Below, piece by piece: positions 18,705 through 28,478 of a DNA stretch of 50,720 bases. Under the pieces are notes generated by a model. That model was not told the origin of the DNA and did no database searches. It worked only from the letters and a program-made list of their open reading frames with translations. The stretch's first letter is position 1. Each line of letters opens with the position of its first letter. The stretch comes from Prevotella sp. (GTDB lineage Bacteria; Bacteroidota; Bacteroidia; Bacteroidales; Bacteroidaceae): the NCBI GenBank assembly GCA_045627685.1, contig JAZQOD010000209.1:1-50720 (forward strand), read 5' to 3'. The translations under genes were made by a program, and so were the position numbers.

Positions 18705-19895
18705 TTGAAAACAAATATTATTAACAGAGTGTTGGAGGCTGTGCGCGACATGGCAACCATCTGGGGTGACGAGATGAAGATGACCGTCAAAGACGAAGGC
18801 GTTGTTATCTTCTTCATCATCGTACCGCTCCTCTATCCTCTTCTCTACGCCTGGATATACAACAACGAAGTGGTGCATGAGGTTCCAGTAGCCATTGTGG
18901 ACCAGAGCCACTCCCATGATAGCCGTGAGTTCATCCGTATGTGCGATGCCTCGGCAGATGTGAAGGTGGCATACTACTGCAACAGTCTTGATGAAGCGAA
19001 GGAACTCGTCGGCAGGCAGATAGTCCACGGCGTGCTCTTCTTCCCGGCCAACTATGCATCGTCTATAGCCCGTGGCGAACAGGCGAATGTCAGCGTCTAT
19101 TGTGATATGAGTCTGATGCTCACCTACAAAGCCATCCTGCAGACAGCCACCAATGTATCGCAGCAGTTAGGTTCGAAGATTCAGATGCAGCGCAAGCCAG
19201 GCTATACCAACCGCGATGATGAGGTGACGACCCATCCTCTGGACATTGAGGAAGTGCAGATATTCAATGCTACCGGAGGCTACGGCAATGCTGTGCTCCC
19301 TGGAGTGCTTATCGTCATCATCCAGCAGACACTCCTTCTCGGCATAGGACTCGCTGCCGGCACATCCCGTGAGCGCAACCGTCATGCCTCACTCGTGCCT
19401 ATCAGTCGCCATCACAACGGACTGCTTCGTATCGTTATAGGAAAGGCGTTGTGTTATGCCATGCTCTATGCAGTAATCACCGCATATCTTGTTCTTATAG
19501 TACCAAAGATATTCTCTTTCACCACCCTCGCCGGGGGAAAGGAACTGTTAGGATTGCTCACGCCATTTGTACTTTCGTGTATCTTCTTCGGCATGACCGT
19601 TTCGTGTCTTATCCGTTATAGGGAGAATGTCATACTCATAGTTGTCTTCACCTCATTGATATTGCTCTTCCTCACAGGTATCTCATGGCCAAAGAGTAAC
19701 ATCCCTGCTTTCTGGCAAGGTGTATCATGGCTATTCCCATCCACCTTCGGCGTCAGTGGATTCCTGACGGTCAGCAGTATGGGCGGCACCCTCGCAGACT
19801 GTGCTGCAGACATAAGAGCATTATGGATTCAGACTGTCGTATATTTCTTCCTTACTTGCATTGTTTACGACATCCAGATAAGAAGAAGCAAGTAA
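18705..19895 (+). CDS. ABC-2 type permease (YbhR-like); start uncertain (TTG 18705 or ATG 18750)
   Basis: PVAIVDQSHS, FNATGGY, IIQQTLL, LTGISWP, LFPSTFG. Confidence 0.9.
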   Translation: MKTNIINRVLEAVRDMATIWGDEMKMTVKDEGVVIFFIIVPLLYPLLYAWIYNNEVVHEVPVAIVDQSHSHDSREFIRMCDASADVKVAYYCNSLDEAKELVGRQIVHGVLFFPANYASSIARGEQANVSVYCDMSLMLTYKAILQTATNVSQQLGSKIQMQRKPGYTNRDDEVTTHPLDIEEVQIFNATGGYGNAVLPGVLIVIIQQTLLLGIGLAAGTSRERNRHASLVPISRHHNGLLRIVIGKALCYAMLYAVITAYLVLIVPKIFSFTTLAGGKELLGLLTPFVLSCIFFGMTVSCLIRYRENVILIVVFTSLILLFLTGISWPKSNIPAFWQGVSWLFPSTFGVSGFLTVSSMGGTLADCAADIRALWIQTVVYFFLTCIVYDIQIRRSK

Positions 19896-19955
19896 AGCGG
19901 CACCTCATATAAGCCTTCGGCTATTTCTCAGTTTTAGTTGTTGGAACTGCCTCCT

Positions 19956-21008
19956 TTATCTATTAAGGAGGTGGATAAGTGTCAGTTCGTCTTTGAACAG
20001 GGCGAGGTGACCGGTGTCGCTTGTAAGGAAATAACGGGCGGCGGCAGAGAGTTCATTGCCGAGTTTTGCCAATGACTGGTAGGTTTCAGAAGAGAGAATC
20101 TCCTCACTTTGCATGAGTTGCAGGCCGTCGGTGTTGTCCGTACGGTCAAGGTCGATGAGCAATTGACGATGCTCTGCCCCACTGTCGGTGGTCCTTATGA
20201 AATGGAAATGGAACTGGCGGTGACGCTGCGGTGCTCGGAATGATGAATGGATAGCAACAGTCACTGGATGACCAGCCACACTTCCTTCGTATTCAAGGAC
20301 AGCCTCGATGCAACGATCTGCTTTATGCGGATCGGCAAAGAACTTCGCATAGGTCTCGCGGAAATAATCCTGCGGTGTGCGCTGGATATAGTTGAAGATA
20401 AGATCCCACACATGTGGCAGTTCTTCGAATACGCCGATATCATGCTGTGCTCGTGGCTCGGCATCTACAGGGAGATACTTGGAATACTCCACAGTGCAGT
20501 AATGCGGGCAAAACCCTTGTGCTACCTGTTCTTCAATGATGGTAGGGATGCGCTGCACGCATTCGGAATGACGGAGTATATAACCAGTACAGATACGACA
20601 GTCGGAGGCTATTGACATAATGTCATCATACTCATCGACAGTCATAACGGCAGGTTTCTCAACAAAGATATTCTTCACGCCAAGGGCAATGAGACTGCGC
20701 AGCACGGAATGATGAGTGTGGGCAGTTGAAGCAATGAAGGCGGAAGCCCCCCCGGCCCCCAAAGGGAGAGGAGACGAAAACGAAGACGAAAACGAAGACG
20801 AAAGCGATGACGAAGGCGTGAGGGCATTTAGGGAATTGATGTAGATAATCTTGCCGTCTTGGCGACAGGTGTCTGGGAAGGCGGGATCGCAGATGTAGCA
20901 TCGGTCGAAGTCAACGACTTTCTGCAACTCACGGAAAATGAGTCGTCCCATCTTGCCATAGCCGACAAGGATTATTGCTGGGAGAGAAAGTCTATTCCCC
21001 ATCATCAT
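19956..21008 (-). CDS. Divergent Gfo/Idh/MocA-family oxidoreductase with a repeat-derived insertion
   Basis: VGYGKMG nucleotide-binding motif, FIASTAHTH, FVEKP, GYILRH, HVWDL. Confidence 0.75.
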   Translation of the reverse strand: MMMGNRLSLPAIILVGYGKMGRLIFRELQKVVDFDRCYICDPAFPDTCRQDGKIIYINSLNALTPSSSLSSSFSSSFSSPLPLGAGGASAFIASTAHTHHSVLRSLIALGVKNIFVEKPAVMTVDEYDDIMSIASDCRICTGYILRHSECVQRIPTIIEEQVAQGFCPHYCTVEYSKYLPVDAEPRAQHDIGVFEELPHVWDLIFNYIQRTPQDYFRETYAKFFADPHKADRCIEAVLEYEGSVAGHPVTVAIHSSFRAPQRHRQFHFHFIRTTDSGAEHRQLLIDLDRTDNTDGLQLMQSEEILSSETYQSLAKLGNELSAAARYFLTSDTGHLALFKDELTLIHLLNR

Positions 21009-21014
21009 TGCCCC

Positions 21015-22118
21015 TTACTTTTTCACGCTGACGATTTTCGTTGCTTCCTGCTCTTTGTTGCGGCGGTTTACAACAGTAACAACACTCTGGGCAAGAGAGA
21101 GGAATGCCTGACCTTCCACTGTATCAACCTTCGTTGCGGCTGGCTCACCGGCATCACCGTTCTCGCAGATGCTCTGAACAAGCGGAATCTGAGCGAGGAG
21201 CGGAATGTTCATCTGCTGAGCGAGGTTCTTGCAACCATCCTTACCAAAGATGTAGTATTTGTTCTCTGGCAGTTCGGCAGGTGTGAACCATGCCATATTC
21301 TCAATAAGACCGAGGATTGGCACATTCACCTTCTCGTTCATATACATGTCGATACCCTTTCGAGCGTCAGCCAATGCTACCTGCTGTGGTGTTGAGACAA
21401 TGACAGCACCAGTGATAGCGAGGGTCTGGAGAAGGGTGAGATGGATATCCGAGGTGCCTGGAGGGGTGTCGAGGATGAAATAGTCGAGTTCGCCCCAGTC
21501 GGCATCAGCGATGAGTTGCTTGAGTGCCGAGCAAGCCATACCGCCACGCCAGAGGGTTGCGGTGTCACGACCAACGAAGAAACCGATAGAGAGAAGTTTC
21601 ACTCCATATTTCTCAACTGGTTCGATAAGGTCACGACCATCCTTATTCACAGCGAACGGGCGCTCATCTTCAACATGGAACATCTTCGGCATTGAAGGGC
21701 CGAAAATATCGGTATCAAGAAGTCCCACCTTATATCCAAGTTTTGCGAGAGCAATGGCAAGGTTGGCTGAAACGGTGCTCTTACCGACTCCGCCCTTGCC
21801 CGAACTGACGGCAATGATGTTCTTCACCTGTGGAAGAAGTTTGCCCACCTCAGGTCGTGGTGCCGATTTGAACTCGGTCTTTATGGTCACCTCCACCTCA
21901 GGCGATATATTATAATGTATAGCAGCCTCGGCCGACTTGATGGTTGACTTGAGGAACGGGTCGGTTTCACGAGGGAAAAGAAGTGTGAACTCCACCTTCA
22001 TGCCGTTGACAATGATTTCATTATCAACTACCATCTCGCTTTCCACGAGGTTCTTCTTTGTTCCTGGATAGAGTACTGTTGCCAGTACATCAAGGATGAG
22101 TTTTGGATATAAGGTCAT
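21015..22118 (-). CDS. mrp: Mrp/ApbC (NBP35-family) Fe-S cluster carrier ATPase
   Basis: SGKGGVGKST, DTDIFGPS, WRGGM, DTPPGTSD, ENMAWF. Start at ATG 22118. Confidence 0.95.
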   Translation of the reverse strand: MTLYPKLILDVLATVLYPGTKKNLVESEMVVDNEIIVNGMKVEFTLLFPRETDPFLKSTIKSAEAAIHYNISPEVEVTIKTEFKSAPRPEVGKLLPQVKNIIAVSSGKGGVGKSTVSANLAIALAKLGYKVGLLDTDIFGPSMPKMFHVEDERPFAVNKDGRDLIEPVEKYGVKLLSIGFFVGRDTATLWRGGMACSALKQLIADADWGELDYFILDTPPGTSDIHLTLLQTLAITGAVIVSTPQQVALADARKGIDMYMNEKVNVPILGLIENMAWFTPAELPENKYYIFGKDGCKNLAQQMNIPLLAQIPLVQSICENGDAGEPAATKVDTVEGQAFLSLAQSVVTVVNRRNKEQEATKIVSVKK

Positions 22119-22125
22119 ATTTATT

Positions 22126-22183
22126 GACAATTTGACAATTTACAATTTACAATTTAGCAATTTACAATTTGTGGGGCGATGCC
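22126..22183. repeat. ACAATTT heptamer array plus GGC-GAT-GCC mini-hairpin upstream of mrp
   Basis: About six (G)ACAATTT units at 22126-22170; GGCGATGCC at 22175-22183. Confidence 0.85.
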
Positions 22184-22186
22184 GCT

Positions 22187-24247
22187 TTATTTTATTATCA
22201 CACAGTCGAGGCCCCACATATAGCGAGCGCCGACAGACTTTTCATCAGTGTCGCTTATTGTTATGGTGAGCAGATATTTCCCGTTCTTAGGAGCATATTT
22301 GCCCAACGAAAGTGGACCGGCAAGTTCCACCTTATTACTATAACCATTGAAACGGACTGGTTCGGAACCATCAATGCTGAAGTCAACAATGCCATAGTCA
22401 GGTGCCTTGGTAGCATAGAGCATCAGTTCGTGCTCTCCCTCAATGCCCTCAGCAGACACCTCGAAGGTGAACGACTGACCTTGTTTGCCGTTTATGCAGA
22501 AGAACTGGCGACTGCCACTCCAGTCGTATTCCGACCAGGAGAGCATAATCTGTCGCTCAGTTGCTATGCCCTCAGGCTTCTCTGTCAGTTCAAGGTCCTC
22601 AATCTCGATAGCGCCTTCCAAGTGCCAATTGGCTGGATCGGCAGGAACAGGAGGCAGTTGATACTCTGCATCATGAGGGGTATGACGGATGCACTCGCTC
22701 TCGGCAGTGCCGTACCAGATGGTTGTTGCCGCCACATCAGCCTTGCCATTCTGCCATCCGAGCATCTCGAGGTCGAACTTCAGTCCCTCATGGAATGGGA
22801 TGCCGTCAAGATGGCGAGTACGGAAGAAGGTGTTATAGCCCAACGAACAAGCGATATCTTCGCGTGGAGCACCACCGAAAGGAGTCTGGAAAACCACCAC
22901 CGGTGCCCATGAGCAGTTGTAGTAATCCTCGGTGCCTGTGCCGAAATGACTCGGGAAAGACTCCCCGTCAACATATATCTTCTCATCGCCCTCGCCATAC
23001 CAAGCCTTGGTGTAGTTGTAGAGCGTGAGCATATCAGCCTTGAGCACTCCCCTGCCCTTGATGTCTGCCACATTCCAATCGATAGCCTTTTCATCGCTTA
23101 CATCGAAAGTGGTTATTGGGGTGCCCAACTGCTGACGCCACGAAGCATGGAAATAAAGCATCCGCTTGTCCCATTTAATCGGTTTTGTCTGTGTAGTGAC
23201 ACTGACTGCGACATGCTGCGCAGAACTGTTGCGGAGCGTTATCTCCGCCGATTCCTTATAAGGCATGAACCAGCGCATAATCACCATTCCACTGTCAAAC
23301 GACTCAGTATAGAAACTTCTCATCGCTGGAGCGCCCATTCCGGCACACGCAAGGTCAGAGACGGGAATGTCGCTTACCGTCTGTTTTCCGTCGAACGACA
23401 TCGAAACAAGCACATCGCGCATGGCCTGTTGCATCTGTTCCGGTGCTATATCGCTCAATGCAAACTGCAGTTCATAGACTCCCTGTTCACCCTGAGGCAA
23501 ATGAACCGTCGATTCAGAAAGAGACGGCAAACGGAATACTGAGGTTGAAGAAGTAAGGGATTTAGGCAGTTCGGGATGCTGCAGGACATGATTAACACGC
23601 TCAATCTTTGCTTTGTAATCAGCAATTTTAGCGAGCGAGAAAGTCTCCACCTTCGTTTTTTTCGGATAACTGCGATAGTTGAGTTGGAAATAACGAGGTG
23701 ACAGATTGGCATCATCTTCGTATGTGAATGTCACTTTGCAGTGTTTCTGGTAAGGCATTGGCAGGAACAGCGTGCTGCCTCCCTTGCCGTTTTTCTCATA
23801 ACTGGTATGAGGAAGAAGCAGTCCACCCTCCATGCCATCAATGCCGATTCGCATCAGGTCGTAAGCCGGAATGATGACCGAAGGGTTTGCCTCATTGTCG
23901 AAATAGATGCGTATCACACCTTTCTTATCTATTGCCGTTATCCAGAAACGTGTCACCACACCCGGACCGTCGGTATCGAGCATCACTCGTTCCAATCCGT
24001 TTGCTGTAGTGTCAACCCGCACCACGCCATATCCATCGTCGTTGGCAAACCATCCCGGCTGGGAAGGCGACACCGAACGGCGGTCGTAACTCGAACTCTG
24101 CAGACACTTATAGTCGAGTGCCGGCATGCGAGCCCCTTCCTCAACATTTATCATTTCGTCGAGGAGCGAGCCAAGGGTGATGACTTTCTGTGCGTAGATG
24201 TTGCACGAGGCAAGCATCAACAGCACTGCTACAGCAATTTTCCTCAT
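22187..24247 (-). CDS. Secreted DUF2961 / GH172-like glycoside hydrolase
   Basis: Signal peptide; QSSSYDR, GPGVVTRFWIT, MPYQKHC, WYGEGDEKIYVDGESFPSHFGTGTEDYY. Confidence 0.85.
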   Translation of the reverse strand: MRKIAVAVLLMLASCNIYAQKVITLGSLLDEMINVEEGARMPALDYKCLQSSSYDRRSVSPSQPGWFANDDGYGVVRVDTTANGLERVMLDTDGPGVVTRFWITAIDKKGVIRIYFDNEANPSVIIPAYDLMRIGIDGMEGGLLLPHTSYEKNGKGGSTLFLPMPYQKHCKVTFTYEDDANLSPRYFQLNYRSYPKKTKVETFSLAKIADYKAKIERVNHVLQHPELPKSLTSSTSVFRLPSLSESTVHLPQGEQGVYELQFALSDIAPEQMQQAMRDVLVSMSFDGKQTVSDIPVSDLACAGMGAPAMRSFYTESFDSGMVIMRWFMPYKESAEITLRNSSAQHVAVSVTTQTKPIKWDKRMLYFHASWRQQLGTPITTFDVSDEKAIDWNVADIKGRGVLKADMLTLYNYTKAWYGEGDEKIYVDGESFPSHFGTGTEDYYNCSWAPVVVFQTPFGGAPREDIACSLGYNTFFRTRHLDGIPFHEGLKFDLEMLGWQNGKADVAATTIWYGTAESECIRHTPHDAEYQLPPVPADPANWHLEGAIEIEDLELTEKPEGIATERQIMLSWSEYDWSGSRQFFCINGKQGQSFTFEVSAEGIEGEHELMLYATKAPDYGIVDFSIDGSEPVRFNGYSNKVELAGPLSLGKYAPKNGKYLLTITISDTDEKSVGARYMWGLDCVIIK

Positions 24248-24263
24248 GAACGAGCCTTCTGTT

Positions 24264-25034
24264 TTATTTTGCTTTCTCCAGACTGGAACGCTTGTCGCGA
24301 TGGTACGAACGATAGTCGTCGAGTTCTATCTCGACATCCGGTTCTGCCAGTTCACCCTCACGAGGGAGGAGGAACTTCTGATACTTGATGTTCAGTCCAC
24401 GCTCAATCCACATCGATTCGTAATAGGTCTGGATGCTCAATATGCGCTGTGTCTCGGCGTCGAGTCCCTCTTGATGATAGAGATCGGTGGTGCGGAACAG
24501 CAACGGCAGATGGTTGTGATCGACCATATACGATGTATATGTGAACAGGAAGTTGGAGTCGGTCTTGAGGTGAATGACACCACCGTCAACCAGGAAGCGA
24601 CGGTAACGGTTCATGAAATAGGTCGATGTGAGGCGCTTGCGAGGGTTCTTCATCTGTGGGTCGGAGAAGGTGAGCCATATCTCCTTCACCTCGTCCTCGG
24701 CGAAGAAACGGTCGATAATCTCGATATTGGTGCGGAGAAACGCCACATTCTTCAAATCCTCATTGACAGCCTGTGTAGCACCGGTCCACATTCGTGCACC
24801 CTTGATGTCAACACCGATGAAGTTCATCTCGGGATAGAGACGAGCCAGTTCGACGGTGTATTCTCCCTTGCCGCAACCCAGTTCGAGAACTATAGGGTTG
24901 TCGTTATGGAAGAATTCCTCATGCCAACGTCCCTTCATCTCAAACGGAACATTGTCCACTACGGAGTACGGATACTGGAAAACATTCCAGTAGCTCTCCA
25001 TATCAGCGAATTTTGCCAGTTTTCCTTTGCCCAT
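24264..25034 (-). CDS. trmB: tRNA (guanine-N7)-methyltransferase
   Basis: [42 protein letters not shown]. Start at ATG 25034. Confidence 0.96.
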   Translation of the reverse strand: MGKGKLAKFADMESYWNVFQYPYSVVDNVPFEMKGRWHEEFFHNDNPIVLELGCGKGEYTVELARLYPEMNFIGVDIKGARMWTGATQAVNEDLKNVAFLRTNIEIIDRFFAEDEVKEIWLTFSDPQMKNPRKRLTSTYFMNRYRRFLVDGGVIHLKTDSNFLFTYTSYMVDHNHLPLLFRTTDLYHQEGLDAETQRILSIQTYYESMWIERGLNIKYQKFLLPREGELAEPDVEIELDDYRSYHRDKRSSLEKAK

Positions 25035-25035
25035 A

Positions 25036-26052
25036 TTATTCAATAACCACCATTGTCCAGCCGTGCTTGTCTTCAATCTCGCCGTACTGGATGCCACGGA
25101 GTGTTTCAAAGAGACGGCGGCTCTGCGGACCTGGTTCTGCACCAAAGTCATAACGCTTGTTGGCATCGAGGTCGTCGATATACGAGATTGGTGATATCAC
25201 AGCCGCTGTACCGCAAGCGCCAGCCTCCTCGAATGTGTCGAGTTCCTCAACAGGGATAGGGCGACGCTCCACCTTCATACCGAGGTCCTCAGCCACCTGC
25301 ATCAGACTCTTGTTGGTGATAGAAGGAAGGATACTTGTCGACTCTGGTGTGACATAAGTATTATTCTTGATACCGAAGAAGTTGGCAGCGCCACACTCGT
25401 CGATATATTTCTTTTCCTTTGCATCGAGGTAGAACTCACAAGCATAGCCCAACTCATGAGCCTTGTTGTTTGCATAGAGCGATGCTGCATAGTTGCCACC
25501 CACCTTATAAATACCTGTTCCGAGCGGTGCCGAACGGTCGTGGTCGCGGATAATCACGTATGGATTGCTTGCAAAACCACCCTTGAAATAAGGTCCCACC
25601 GGTGTTACGAATATCATAAACAGATACTCGTCGGATGGATGAACGCCCACCTGAGCACTTGTACCGATGAGCAACGGACGGATATAGAGTGTAGCGCCAC
25701 TCTCATAAGTAGGTATCCACTCCTGGTTGAGGCGGACCACCTTCTTCACCATTTCAACGAACAACTCTGTTGGCACCTCTGGCATCATTATACCACGAGA
25801 GGTTGCCTGCAAACGAGCAGCGTTCTCATCAGGACGGAAGATGCGCACCTTGCCATCCTTGCAACGGTAAGCCTTCAGGCCCTCGAATGCCTCCTGACCA
25901 TAATGGAGACACACCGACGCCATATGCAAATTAATGTTTTCCTCTGACGAAACCTCTATTTCGCCCCACTTTCCGTCGCGATACCAGCAACGTACATTGT
26001 AATCGGTCTTGATGTAACCGAAGGAGAGATTCTCCCAATCTAAATTTTTCAT
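25036..26052 (-). CDS. ilvE: Branched-chain amino acid aminotransferase
   Basis: [26 protein letters not shown] (PLP lysine), [24 protein letters not shown]. Start taken at MKNLDW (26052); upstream starts are possible. Confidence 0.95.
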   Translation of the reverse strand: MKNLDWENLSFGYIKTDYNVRCWYRDGKWGEIEVSSEENINLHMASVCLHYGQEAFEGLKAYRCKDGKVRIFRPDENAARLQATSRGIMMPEVPTELFVEMVKKVVRLNQEWIPTYESGATLYIRPLLIGTSAQVGVHPSDEYLFMIFVTPVGPYFKGGFASNPYVIIRDHDRSAPLGTGIYKVGGNYAASLYANNKAHELGYACEFYLDAKEKKYIDECGAANFFGIKNNTYVTPESTSILPSITNKSLMQVAEDLGMKVERRPIPVEELDTFEEAGACGTAAVISPISYIDDLDANKRYDFGAEPGPQSRRLFETLRGIQYGEIEDKHGWTMVVIE

Positions 26053-26161
26053 TTCTTTCTTATAATATTCAGTACTTATTGACATTGTATTTTCGCTATT
26101 TTCCACGGCTGTCTTTTAGGGCAGCACATAGCGTTTGTGCGAGCAAAACCCACACAAATTG

Positions 26162-26193
26162 CAAAATTATAAATAATTTTCGAGGTATGCAAA
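26162..26193 (-). promoter_or_regulatory. Bacteroidota promoter for the ilvE-trmB-DUF2961-mrp run
   Basis: TTTG-N20-TAATTTTG on the minus strand. Confidence 0.7.
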
Positions 26194-26480
26194 CAATTGG
26201 CGCAAAAATAGCACTACAACAGTCCAATTCCATAGATTGCCCAATTCCTTATGTAGCAACGATTGCACTGTCAAGACCGCCACATCCATGCGAAGTTGTT
26301 TTACAATTCTTTAAATCTAACGCCTCATATCTCGCGTATTAGTCAGCAAACCCGATTCAGGGCTCAAATACGCAAATCTGGGGCGTTTTTCGTAATCATC
26401 TGATAAACAGCGAGTTATGATTTCATGGTATAAAAACGGCGGTTTTCAGAAGTCCGAAAACCGGTGTTTTCACGAAAAAA

Positions 26481-26590
26481 GGGTGGAATGAGGGTGTCAT
26501 TTGGGTGGAATGACTATGTCAAAGCGGCGGAATGACCACTTCATTTGGGCGAAATGACAACCTCCGAGCGGTGTAATGAGCGCAAATTCG
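26481..26590. repeat. Degenerate 22-bp-period array (5 units)
   Basis: AATGA starts at 26487, 26509, 26531, 26553 and 26575. Confidence 0.8.
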
Positions 26591-26754
26591 CTAGTGAATT
26601 GATCAAGCGAACGGCGATTTTGCGCCATCGGAGCATAATTCGGGCGGCAGAAAAGCATTTCGGCAAAAATCTCATTTCTATTTCGCGAATTTTTGCGAAC
26701 GGATTTTTCGCCGATATTTATTTACATTCCAATACAAAGAGCACGAGGAAGCCC

Positions 26755-26985
26755 CTACTCTTCTGCATCGAGTATCTTCTTTATCTCCGCATCGGTTTTG
26801 GTCAGTTTGTCGCGACAGAATTTTATCAAACCCTGCGCCCTCTTCAACTGGTCGGCCAACTGGTCGATGTCATAACCGCCGGATTCCATTTTCCGTGCAA
26901 TGACCTCCAACTCTTCAAGTGCCTTTTCGTAGGTCATAGCATCACCGTTTTCTGTCAGCATTGCATTGTTCACTTCGTTGCTCAT
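26755..26985 (-). CDS. xseB: Exodeoxyribonuclease VII small subunit
   Basis: MTYEKALEELEVIARKMESG..DIDQL....RAQGLIKFCRDKL, directly after xseA. Confidence 0.95.
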   Translation of the reverse strand: MSNEVNNAMLTENGDAMTYEKALEELEVIARKMESGGYDIDQLADQLKRAQGLIKFCRDKLTKTDAEIKKILDAEE

Positions 26986-26995
26986 AAACTATATT

Positions 26996-28234
26996 TTATT
27001 TTTTCATTTCCTTTACTGTTGATACCACTCTGCCTTTTTCAAGAATCGTCACAATCTCATCGCCAGCCTTCAGTTCTGCAGCGTCTTTCACTATCCGTCC
27101 GTTGCTCACAGTCATGGAATAGCCTCGTTTCAGCAACAAACGTGGATCGAGTGAACTCACTCGCTGCTCGAGCATCGCAAGTCGGTGCTTCTCGCTGAGC
27201 AGACGCTGGGCGATGGTATTCTCAAGTTTCAGGTGGATTCGCATCAGTTTTGTCTCGCCGTTTTGCTTAAGCAACCTGCAGCAGTTGGTTATCTTGCTCA
27301 GCAGATTCTCAAGAAGCAGATATTGGCGCTCAATCTGGCGGTTCACGGCATTCACAATCACCGTTTCAGCCTCATCAATGCGCTCGCTCACATCAGCAAG
27401 ATGGTCGATGAGGAAAGCCGCAGCAGCCGTCGGGGTCTTTACACGATGGAAGGAGATCAGGTCGAGCACGCTCTCATCGCGGTCGTGACCTATACCGGTG
27501 ATTATCGGTAATGGGAAGTTTGCCACATACTCCGCAAGTCGGAGGGTGTCGAAACCGCTCATATCGGATGTGGCTCCTCCACCTCTTATTATTACCACAC
27601 AGTCGAAATCATCCTGCGAGGCGTTTATTGCGTCGAGGGCCGCGCACACACTTTCTTCCACCTGCGAGCCTTGCATCACTGCCGAAAACAGTGTCACCTC
27701 GAAGCAGAATCCATACTCGTTGCTGATGAGTTGGTCGCAGAAATCGCCATATCCCGCTGCATTGGCGGCAGAGATCACGGCTATCCGTTTGCAGAAAAGG
27801 GGCAGCGCGAGTTCTTTCTGCAGTTCGAAGACTCCCTCAGCCTTCAACTGGTCGATTATCTCCTGGCGTTTGCGAGCCATATCACCCACAGTGTATGTAG
27901 GGTCTATATCGCTGATTATCAAGGAGTAGCCGTAGGTTGGATGGAAGTTTACTTTAGCCTTGACGAGCAGTTGCATCCCTGGCATCGGATTGCTACCGGC
28001 AGTCTTGCGAAATTTCTGTTGCACCTTCACCCACGAACTCTGCCAGCACTTAGCCGAAGCCTTGGCGACGGGGGTGGCAGAGAACAGGTCTTTCTGCACC
28101 AGTTCCATATAGCAATGCCCCCTGACCTCACGGATTTCCATGAGTTCGGCCTCCACCCAGAAACTGTCTGGGAGGGTTGTCTCTATCGCACGACTGACAA
28201 GCGAGTTCAGTTCAAAAAGTGTCATACTTTCCAT
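26996..28234 (-). CDS. xseA: Exodeoxyribonuclease VII large subunit
   Basis: WVEAE..GHCYMEL OB fold, AAGYGDF, IIRGGG, TGIGHDRD, TPTAAA, LKRGYS. Start at ATG 28234 or 28225. Confidence 0.96.
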   Translation of the reverse strand: MESMTLFELNSLVSRAIETTLPDSFWVEAELMEIREVRGHCYMELVQKDLFSATPVAKASAKCWQSSWVKVQQKFRKTAGSNPMPGMQLLVKAKVNFHPTYGYSLIISDIDPTYTVGDMARKRQEIIDQLKAEGVFELQKELALPLFCKRIAVISAANAAGYGDFCDQLISNEYGFCFEVTLFSAVMQGSQVEESVCAALDAINASQDDFDCVVIIRGGGATSDMSGFDTLRLAEYVANFPLPIITGIGHDRDESVLDLISFHRVKTPTAAAAFLIDHLADVSERIDEAETVIVNAVNRQIERQYLLLENLLSKITNCCRLLKQNGETKLMRIHLKLENTIAQRLLSEKHRLAMLEQRVSSLDPRLLLKRGYSMTVSNGRIVKDAAELKAGDEIVTILEKGRVVSTVKEMKK

Positions 28235-28242
28235 TACAGATG

Positions 28243-28453
28243 CAAATTTAGTATAAAAAAACGAGAAAACAACGATTCCGCCGGAATAATTACCAAAAAC
28301 AAAGCATCCATCGTGCCCGACTTCCTCGGTTTGAGGGTATTGCGAAACGGTTTTTGGCGGAAAAATCAGACGCTGCGGAGGCACGATTTAATTGACTGGC
28401 GACAATTTCTCGCAGTATTCTCTTTGAGAATAGCAAAAAAAATCGTATCTTTG
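28243..28453. promoter_or_regulatory. Divergent promoters (xseA and the MATE operon)
   Basis: TAAATTTG on the minus strand (28243-28250); TTTG (28423)-N19-TATCTTTG (28446-28453) on the plus strand. Confidence 0.7.
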
Positions 28454-28478
28454 CCGAATAATAAGAAAATGATTAGAA

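Noticed and set aside
24198-25046. 282-aa plus-strand ORF and similar long antisense ORFs (27671, 31072, 42432)
   Set aside because: Each lies opposite a well-supported gene and shows no family motifs; typical codon-bias shadows.
26481-26590. 22-bp array as a CRISPR array
   Set aside because: No constant repeat with unique 30-40-nt spacers, and no cas genes in the window.
26755-28234. xseAB next to structured DNA as a retron-like system
   Set aside because: No reverse transcriptase or msr/msd layout; xseAB are ordinary housekeeping genes.
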